Origin: Candidatus Harpocratesius repetitus
GTDB taxonomy: Archaea > Asgardarchaeota > Lokiarchaeia > Sigyniarchaeales > Promethearchaeaceae
Length of the DNA stretch: 32,000 bases
Direction: 5' to 3'
Assembly: GCA_021498095.1 (NCBI GenBank)
Contig: JAIZWK010000001.1
Span: 1 to 32,000 of the forward strand
Both the position numbers and the translations under genes were made by a program. This document shows positions 25,601 to 32,000 of this stretch, piece after piece (position 1 is the first letter of the stretch; each line of letters opens with the position of its first letter). The notes under the pieces are model-generated. The model saw only the letters and a list, made by a program, of their open reading frames with translations. It made no database searches and was not told the DNA's origin.

Positions 25601-25801
25601 TCTCCCATTGAAGAACGAAATCAAAAGGAAATGAATCAGAACTATATTGAAATAATATCTACCGAATTATTCAGCTCGATAAAAAAGAAAGATTCAGATT
25701 TTGATAAAATTTATTCAAATGGATTTAAAATTCATCCAAAAGCAATTCTTATTGAATTTGTATTTCAATCATATATTAATTCAGCGATTAAGGAAATTTA
25801 A
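22649..25801 (+). CDS. mod: Site-specific DNA amino-methyltransferase, beta class, large type III Mod-like
   Basis: Motif IV YIDPPYNTG precedes motif I LDFFAGSGTT; also SIDDNE and KPTKLI; C-terminal PFGY..EVDLIQSLNSFLG segment typical of large Mod subunits. Confidence 0.85.
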   Translation: MHQLEIQAINEIIQKWISWHLEKNHLSNVILEERIGAQIKKELDNNVRNILENSKINSEKLETNPEKLKNDSKKLKTDEKCTGIKIWLRNFIDQNYSNHKLHFNSDFRDKIWDTRYINVRNINARVSHIKYSWHNSDVLIHQTSNFHKIWQFKFRSLTCNFCLTLNEPKEAGKHNPKKYFVPVKPSNPNFMTFSKVNKQITFWFEFRRLTDSERKQYRYKPQKQIQKDFLQGLMHNFNRYFDEWHEVIQNKDDFLKRIQEQFTFYTSKKESFIELYPYIKEYLTSQLFQFSENLKLSWFNKQNSIQKQNTLENCTILEDSLMLFNEQLELFQKITKLVIDSIWQIECVKLQVFIKPKFVLSTNWIINEPKVDIFGELTSSSQKRLYLDYIQHSHPLNYPSTDILKKREKISLSLLEKKSAPIRNFIIDTGIIRKEERIQIIKKMLTLNKYIVGYCIKSENWQALKWLKNWDRANHSLNSRSGFSVIYIDPPYNTGNQDMIYQDRFTRAQWMTFIKNRLELSYDLLDKNGVFFSSIDDNELIPFSLIIQRIFPYTLDNIIWHKKTQPSYLSKQLITVTEYIVGAKKVSTPISLMGSLGNPDKLTELINIGNKVTRRIFPHKSVIIANGWSGKLQSKIYGKGKLQISLLNGPISVINGKPDHDLQLEGRFKWKQERINTELQKGGIIHIKSIVSLRPTIARKYDSPIIKAPTTLLSKKINDLPTNTDANMELKNLFGISPFDYSKPTKLIKFLIQAVTFTSKSGMILDFFAGSGTTGQSVIELNQLDGGNRQFYLIEKNELFNTVLLPRLKKLMYSPKWKNGYPVENDPANGYQGIIQYGELEQIMDIWLNLDPPPFSSSILHNFPPYLEDPFDTKHFQYLLMWESNKWNLRLKPLKITSPFGYWIYSLKDGIFTVKEVDLIQSLNSFLGVTSSKITINNIQDQEYIIIEATKILKQKDNCKMDSKSSQNILIVWQNLSTLEMKQISPIEERNQKEMNQNYIEIISTELFSSIKKKDSDFDKIYSNGFKIHPKAILIEFVFQSYINSAIKEI

Positions 25802-26369
25802 AAGATTTATCTTGAATTTTATCTAAAAATTGCTCGATTGAAGGAATCAAAAAATCTATTGATTTTAGATATGATCTTACTTCATTTATTTTAAGTAAAT
25901 CCATTAATCCTACTTTAAAATCTTTTTTTGTCTGATAAAAAAGAATGAAACCATCTTGAACTTCTTCATAAGAAGCTCCAAGTCCAATCAATTCAATAAT
26001 CTTAAAAGTAAAACTATAATTATTCCTTATTGGTTCTTTATAATTAGTTCTGTACTTCATCATTAAATAGATTGATTGATCATCATGTTTCGTACTTCGT
26101 TCTGCAATTTTATCAAAAGAAATTTCTTGTAAATTAATAAATTTAATAAAATTTTCATATACTGATCGATCTCTATTATAGCCTGCTCGGAATTGCTCAT
26201 ATGATTCGTAATCGACTCGTAAAATTGGATTATCATCAGTTCCTTTCCATGTTGTTTTAACATGATGATTTTTAATTGCTCTCTCTTCCAATAAATCTAG
26301 AATTTTCTTTTTAGGATCATCGCAGCTAAGTATTTCAACTTCAATATAAGGTTTTTGCAATTTTTCCAT
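25788..26369 (-). CDS. Hypothetical protein
   Basis: 193-aa ORF with plausible composition filling the gap; overlaps the methyltransferase 3' end by 14 bp; no motif recognised. Confidence 0.65.
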   Translation of the reverse strand: MEKLQKPYIEVEILSCDDPKKKILDLLEERAIKNHHVKTTWKGTDDNPILRVDYESYEQFRAGYNRDRSVYENFIKFINLQEISFDKIAERSTKHDDQSIYLMMKYRTNYKEPIRNNYSFTFKIIELIGLGASYEEVQDGFILFYQTKKDFKVGLMDLLKINEVRSYLKSIDFLIPSIEQFLDKIQDKSFKFP

Positions 26370-26484
26370 TATACGTAATTAAATTTTGATTATTCACTAT
26401 TAAAAATTATCTTTTAGATAAAATCTCTGATTATTAAAATCAAAATGAATGAAACAAATATAAGGTAAAACGATTTAGTTATAT

Positions 26485-28188
26485 GTGAATGATATGGAAT
26501 TAACACAAGATTTTGATGCAATTATTATAGGAGGAGGCATTTGTGGAGCTGGAATCGCTCGTGATCTTGCCTTACGCGGGTTAAAAGTCATTCTCTTTGA
26601 GAAAAAAGATTTGGCAGAAGGTACTACTGGTAGATGTCATGGATTATTGCATTCTGGAGCGCGGTATGTATCCACTGATCCACAAACAGCTAAGGAATGT
26701 GCAAAGGAGAATGAAATTTTACGTAAAATTGCAACCCATATCATTGATTCTTGTGGGGGTTACTATATTGCTTTAACCGATGAAGAAGCAAATTATGGAG
26801 AACAATTTATTGAATATTGTACAACAGCAGAAATTAAAATTGAGGAGATTAAACCAGAAGAATTTCTTCATCTTGAACCAAATTGTAACCCACAAGTTAA
26901 GAGAGTTTTTCGAGTTAATGATGCATATATTGATCCTTTTTTACTTACTTATTATAATGCATTAGACGCCAAGCAACACGGAGCGATAATTAAGACCTAT
27001 ACCTCAGTAGAACATTTAATCTTAACAGAAAAGGAAATCGTAGGTGTTAGAATTCATGATACAATTTCAGATGAATTCATGAATATCTATGGTAAAATCA
27101 TAATTAATGCAACAGGCCCTTGGTCTGCTCTATTAGAATCCGATTTAAAACTTAAAAACACCCTCCAAATAGTCCCAACTAAAGGAACTCTGCTTGTTTA
27201 TAAAAAACGCTTAGTTTCTAGTGTAATTAATCGATTACGAAAACCAGGTAATGGAGATATTATTGTTCCAAGCCATCAATCAGTTATTTTAGGCACAAAT
27301 GCAATTCCTGTAAATGAACGAGAATTAGATCGATTAAAAACAACATACGAAGAAATAGACGAATTAGAACATTTAGGCGAAGAATTACTCCCAATATTGA
27401 AATCAGCAAGGTTAATTAGATATTATACGGGTGCTAGGCCACTAATAAAATCAAATTTATTCACAGAAAACTCACATCAAGGAAAAAATTCAATACATGA
27501 CTCATCTCTACATAATTCATCCCGACAATTTAAAATAGTTGATTATTCAGATGAGGGTTTTTCTGGATTTGTTACTGTATTTGGGGGTAAATTAACCATT
27601 TATAGATTATTGGCAGAAAAAGTATCAGATTATGTTTGTCATCAACTTGGGATCATTGAAAAATGTTCCACAGACACAACTCCATTACCTGGAGCAGATT
27701 TAGCTTATACTAAAGAAGAAATACAAGAAATGTTTAACATTAATGAACAGCGTGCTACTGATATGAGTTTTAAATGGGGATCTTTTGTAGAAGAAATGGG
27801 AAACTTATGTATCACATGTCTTGATTCTGCTAAAATTGACCCAAATATAGAAATAAATGAAAGAAATAAAAATCGCATCATTTGTGAATGTGAAAAAGTT
27901 ACTGAAAACGAATTAAAATGGGTTCGAGAGCATTTATTTGTGCAAAAAATTGACGATTATAGGAGACGTACAAGACAAGGGATGGGTGTCTGTCAAGGTC
28001 AATTCTGTCTATTCAAAGTGGCAGATATGGAATTGCAATGGTCAAATAAAACACATATACAAATTATGGAAGAACTCAAAGAAGCATTAGAAGAGCGTTG
28101 GAAAACCGAAGATCTTGTAGATCAATTACAAAAACGACAGATTAAGCTCGCAAAATATATGTATATCCTTGGAGGCAATTTATTATGA
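26485..28188 (+). CDS. glpA: Anaerobic glycerol-3-phosphate dehydrogenase subunit A (FAD, C-terminal BFD-like Fe-S domain)
   Basis: IIGGGICG, GTTGRCHGLLHSGARY, INATGPWS, GGKLTIYRLLAE, C-terminal ICECE..GMGVCQGQFC. Confidence 0.93.
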   Translation: MNDMELTQDFDAIIIGGGICGAGIARDLALRGLKVILFEKKDLAEGTTGRCHGLLHSGARYVSTDPQTAKECAKENEILRKIATHIIDSCGGYYIALTDEEANYGEQFIEYCTTAEIKIEEIKPEEFLHLEPNCNPQVKRVFRVNDAYIDPFLLTYYNALDAKQHGAIIKTYTSVEHLILTEKEIVGVRIHDTISDEFMNIYGKIIINATGPWSALLESDLKLKNTLQIVPTKGTLLVYKKRLVSSVINRLRKPGNGDIIVPSHQSVILGTNAIPVNERELDRLKTTYEEIDELEHLGEELLPILKSARLIRYYTGARPLIKSNLFTENSHQGKNSIHDSSLHNSSRQFKIVDYSDEGFSGFVTVFGGKLTIYRLLAEKVSDYVCHQLGIIEKCSTDTTPLPGADLAYTKEEIQEMFNINEQRATDMSFKWGSFVEEMGNLCITCLDSAKIDPNIEINERNKNRIICECEKVTENELKWVREHLFVQKIDDYRRRTRQGMGVCQGQFCLFKVADMELQWSNKTHIQIMEELKEALEERWKTEDLVDQLQKRQIKLAKYMYILGGNLL

Positions 28189-29546
28189 ATAAAGAAGAAT
28201 CTAAAAATGAACTTGCGAATAATAAAAAATCATTAGATAAATCTTTTGAAAAATCAATTGATGTTATTATTATCGGAGGGGGATTCGCAGGAATGAATAC
28301 AGCTAGACTTTTAGCCCAGCGGGGAATCTCATCTGTCATTTATGATGCAGGATATGGAGCATCTAATTTATGGCTAGGAACAGTTGATGTTTTGAATTAT
28401 CCGGGGGATAATCTTTTATTAGAATTAGCAAAATTTCAAGTCTCAATTCCTGCCCATCCATATGCCCACCTTAGTATGGATAATTTGCAAGCAAGTTTAG
28501 ATGAATTTTATGAAAAATTTTCATCATTTGCATCTTTTGCTTCTTTTAATAATAATTCAAATGAAATTTGTAATGGTCATGTACTTACCTCGCTAGGAAA
28601 TACAAAACTTACAACTGGAGTTTGGAATACAATTTTTAGAGAATTTAATTCATTAAATGATCAATCTCTCTGTGTTTTAGTTGAATTCATAGAATTTTCT
28701 CATTCTCCAATGCATTTAGTCGCTAAAGGATTGGAGGAAAAATTTCCAGGAACATTCCTGGTCCTTTCAATTTCGCTACAAAAATTATTTAAACAAATGA
28801 ATGCAGATATTCCTGTAAATACAGATAGTGGAACCTTATCTGCAAAGACTATTGCTTCATTTTTTGATAGTAAAGCCATCCATATGTCACCTCTAGCATC
28901 ACTAATTAAGTCAACATTTACTTCAAAGTATCCAGAATTTTCATGGAAAAATATTTCCTTATTCCTTTTTCCCCCCATTTTAGGAATTGAAAATTCACCT
29001 ACAATCTTTACACATCTAAGTTCACATTTAGGTGTTGAATGTTATGAAATGGTTTCATTAAGCCCTTCTATAATGGCCGAACGTTTCATTCGCCAATTTC
29101 ATCGCAAGCTTCAAGTTTTTTCCGTCCCTATAAATAAACCTTTCACTTTAGTGGATTTTATAAGGGATGGAACAGATTGGATATGTTCTTTTCAAGATAA
29201 TAAGGGAAACATTGAAAAAATGAAAGCAACATATATTGTAATCGCAGTTGGTTCTCTTTTTACTCAAGGAATTTTCACAGAGCCATATGAATTAGGAAAT
29301 AAATTTCATCAATTAGGATTAGATTTCCCTGATTCGATTAATTCTAATTATGAGATAGCTTCAACAGAAAAAGAATCGAATATTTTCGTTGTTGGAGCTG
29401 CAAATTATATTTTCTCAACTGATCTAAGCGAAGAAGACGAGGTGAGAGATGGAACAGGACTAGGTGTTGCAATTGCGACCAGTTATAAAGTTGCAGAAAT
29501 TATTCATTCACGCTATTCTAAAAAATCTAAGAATTATGGAAATTAA
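28185..29546 (+). CDS. glpB: Anaerobic glycerol-3-phosphate dehydrogenase subunit B
   Basis: IIGGGFAG, GASNLWLGTVDVL, PPILG, SLSPSIMAERF, GTGLGVAIATSY; 4-bp ATGA overlap with glpA. Confidence 0.85.
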   Translation: MNKEESKNELANNKKSLDKSFEKSIDVIIIGGGFAGMNTARLLAQRGISSVIYDAGYGASNLWLGTVDVLNYPGDNLLLELAKFQVSIPAHPYAHLSMDNLQASLDEFYEKFSSFASFASFNNNSNEICNGHVLTSLGNTKLTTGVWNTIFREFNSLNDQSLCVLVEFIEFSHSPMHLVAKGLEEKFPGTFLVLSISLQKLFKQMNADIPVNTDSGTLSAKTIASFFDSKAIHMSPLASLIKSTFTSKYPEFSWKNISLFLFPPILGIENSPTIFTHLSSHLGVECYEMVSLSPSIMAERFIRQFHRKLQVFSVPINKPFTLVDFIRDGTDWICSFQDNKGNIEKMKATYIVIAVGSLFTQGIFTEPYELGNKFHQLGLDFPDSINSNYEIASTEKESNIFVVGAANYIFSTDLSEEDEVRDGTGLGVAIATSYKVAEIIHSRYSKKSKNYGN

Positions 29547-29929
29547 TGATTAATTGAGGATGTTTTATCTTTTTTAATTTATACGCTTTTTTGAATATCA
29601 TTTATATCTATCCGACTTAAATCTGAAATGTCGCAAATCTTTTTTTGTCGAACTCGATTTTTTCAAAGAATTTATTAAAAATTACCATCCTGTTTATAAA
29701 TTCTTCAATCTGATGTCGATTTATTATAATTTTTGATTTGCATATCTTGAATTTAGCACCTTGGTAAAATCGACAAAAAATAAGGAAGGATATTTTAGAT
29801 TTGAATCGGGAGAATTAAGATGATGAAATGAAAAACTTCGAATCTTTAAAATTTAAAATACCCTCAATTAGAAGATTAAGATTAAAAATAATTTAAAAAA
29901 TTTTTTTAGAGCATTGAAATTTTGGAGAA

Positions 29930-30670
29930 TCAAGATTTTGATTCCAATCGCACAGGTTTTGACCAGAATCCAAGATTTATGAAGTTAAATGCCACAATCA
30001 TCAAGCCGCGCACAAATACAATAATCCCAACGGTATTTGGAGGCACCATTGCATCCATTACTCCTGAAACCACAAAAAGGAGCCATCCTAAACCTATCAT
30101 AAACGTTTTACGAACCCCTTTTTTTGGCATGTTGTTCTTTTTTAACTTTCTAGCAAGAAGAAAGAATCCTGCACTATCAATAGTAAGAACACTGATTAAT
30201 GATATTGCAGTGACAATTAATGAAACTCCAGTATGACTTATATCTAAAAGTTCGCCTGTTTGAGAAAGTTGTTCTTCTTGAAATTGAGCATCACCAAATC
30301 CAAACATGAAAATCCAATAAATAACCGCAATAATCCCATAAAATATGAAGGCAATTTTTTGATATTTAGGATAAAATACATTTAGTGCCATTTGTACGAT
30401 TCCGATCGTTCCTATAGGCATCCAAACATAAGATAGAATATAATATAAGTATCCAGAAATGTTCTGACCTGTGATTAGCAACGAAATAAAACTTACAGAT
30501 GGTCCTAAATAAAAGGAACCTGAACAAAAAGCGACTATTGCTACCATCGGGACTAACATTTTCTTTACATAAATATATTTAATCCAAAAAAGAATAGAGT
30601 AAGTATATCCCAAAGCCAAAAGAATTAGCGAACTAATTCCGAGCACCCAACTAGTTAATATTATTTCCAC
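29930..30670 (-). CDS. Hypothetical membrane protein with about 7 TM helices
   Basis: Seven hydrophobic segments separated by short, often Lys-rich loops; GTG start. Confidence 0.75.
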   Translation of the reverse strand: MEIILTSWVLGISSLILLALGYTYSILFWIKYIYVKKMLVPMVAIVAFCSGSFYLGPSVSFISLLITGQNISGYLYYILSYVWMPIGTIGIVQMALNVFYPKYQKIAFIFYGIIAVIYWIFMFGFGDAQFQEEQLSQTGELLDISHTGVSLIVTAISLISVLTIDSAGFFLLARKLKKNNMPKKGVRKTFMIGLGWLLFVVSGVMDAMVPPNTVGIIVFVRGLMIVAFNFINLGFWSKPVRLESKS

Positions 30671-31037
30671 AATTAACCACCATTTTGTAAATAAAAAATT
30701 ATGTTACTCTTATTCTTTCTTTAAGAATAAAACATTTTCTAAATCATAAAAAATCAATGTTTATTTCTTTCGAGGAAATGAACGAATTATGAATTCTTCG
30801 ATATATTTGAGTTAAAAAGGGAAATAATTTTCCAAATAAAATCCCAATTTCAAATAATAGCACATATTCAACCTTAAATCTTTCTTAGGCCAACTTTATT
30901 AAATGATTACAAAGAAATACATATTTTTATTAAGATTAATTCCCAAAAGCTTTTATTGAATAGCAATATTGCATGGCAATAAAATACCATTTACCAATAA
31001 CACATGGTTTTTACCAACATAATGGAAGTATTTTTAA

Positions 31038-32000
31038 ATGTCAATGAGTAATCGTTTGGGTGTGAAAGGTTTGGGAACATATCCCACAATAATACCGCAA
31101 AATACATATATAAATGATCTTAATAAGGTATACATTCCATTTAGGCCAATTCTTGAAGCAGAACTTATGATATCAGGAATTTTAGCGGTTCGTAATTATG
31201 AATTCTTGTTAAAACTACCGATTCGCTCTTTGGATGCAAATATAGTAATGAAAGAACTAGAATTAGGTGAAAATCACCTTTTTCAAAAGATATTAGAGCG
31301 ATTTTTTATAGTACTCAAAAGAATAATTCCTGTAGCATCAGAATTAGGTCCAAATAAGAAAAATGAACTACGTTATGGAAATGTCAATGCTTATACAGAA
31401 TCTAGAATCCCTCTCTTTTATTCTGTTGATCGACTTAAAATAAAAGTATTAATTCTAAGAAATTTCTTTTTATACTTGAAAGAACATCATTATCAATTAA
31501 ATTCATTTCCATCTTTTATTAGAAAGGCAGATAAATCCCTTTACGGTATTCTATTTGCCGAATATTATGAACGAATGTTAAAATACTTCCAAACAGTTGT
31601 GTGGGAACCCACATACAAAACAAATTATCTTAATACATACGATGATGTGAATTTTCGAGTTCTTTATGAATTGCATTCATTTCAACAAAAATCAAGTTTA
31701 AGTAAAGTTAATTATATAATACGTGGATTAAAATCGTCTCTATTTATTGCTAAATTAATATTTGAACTTTGCGATATTCCCCAACCATTTGAAACTGCTA
31801 ATGATGCTGTTGAGTCACTGATTTTAAACCGTGATTTTATTCCTGGTATGATAAATATAATGAATTCTGCCTACCGTATAGGTGATACTCTACGTTTGCA
31901 TGAAATTGTTGATTTATTTTTAGCGTATTTAAATAATATTTTAAAAGGTATTAATCATGGGATTTATTTAGCATCTAATAGGAAGATCATGCTAAATCTT
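31038..32000 (+). CDS. Hypothetical protein, 3'-partial (absent from the ORF track)
   Basis: ATG at 31038 directly after an in-frame TAA; 321 codons without a stop to the window edge (MSMSNRLGVKGLGTYPTIIP...RKIMLNL). Confidence 0.8.
   Translation, partial: MSMSNRLGVKGLGTYPTIIPQNTYINDLNKVYIPFRPILEAELMISGILAVRNYEFLLKLPIRSLDANIVMKELELGENHLFQKILERFFIVLKRIIPVASELGPNKKNELRYGNVNAYTESRIPLFYSVDRLKIKVLILRNFFLYLKEHHYQLNSFPSFIRKADKSLYGILFAEYYERMLKYFQTVVWEPTYKTNYLNTYDDVNFRVLYELHSFQQKSSLSKVNYIIRGLKSSLFIAKLIFELCDIPQPFETANDAVESLILNRDFIPGMINIMNSAYRIGDTLRLHEIVDLFLAYLNNILKGINHGIYLASNRKIMLNL

Noticed and set aside
29641-29780. 11-bp inverted repeat TTTTTTGTCGA / TCGACAAAAAA as MITE ends
   Set aside because: Mostly a T-run in AT-rich DNA, does not extend, and has no flanking target duplication.
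4075-30236. Short antisense or alternate-frame ORFs in the track (4075, 6741, 6799, 10885, 11283, 11570, 12156, 13417, 15190, 15547, 16522, 17091, 17126, 17479, 18666, 23715, 26063, 26780, 28142, 28700, 29922)
   Set aside because: All overlap well-supported longer genes or IS sequence and have no recognisable motifs; treated as shadow ORFs.

Overview
AT-rich (about 30% GC by eye) archaeal window. Gene content points to an Asgard archaeon, most likely Lokiarchaeia: an eL22 ribosomal protein, a Rab/Ras-like and a Rag-like GTPase, a longin plus triple winged-helix protein, and archaeal Spt5. Metabolic genes are citG, a RuBisCO with all catalytic residues next to ribose-1,5-bisphosphate isomerase, glpAB, a LarA-superfamily protein, and NUDIX, MBL and metallophosphoesterase hydrolases. 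There is also a type III Mod-like DNA methyltransferase with no adjacent Res. Mobile DNA consists of one intact 1483-bp IS (13-bp terminal IRs, 8-bp target duplication) inserted just upstream of the NUDIX start codon, plus a probable decayed transposase. Best leads: (1) an NPRL2 (GATOR1)-like protein and a RagA/B-like GTPase with degenerate G1/G3 motifs, the latter beside a zinc-ribbon Rab-like GTPase and a GOLPH3/GPP34 homolog; (2) a 744-aa protein with 13 in-register basic 11-residue repeats; (3) a RuBisCO with N- and C-terminal extensions and an apparently duplicated last helix; (4) an unexplained 45-bp direct repeat built from CATATG palindromes. No rRNA, tRNA or CRISPR array was seen. All family calls come from motif recognition and remembered reference sequences, not database searches.
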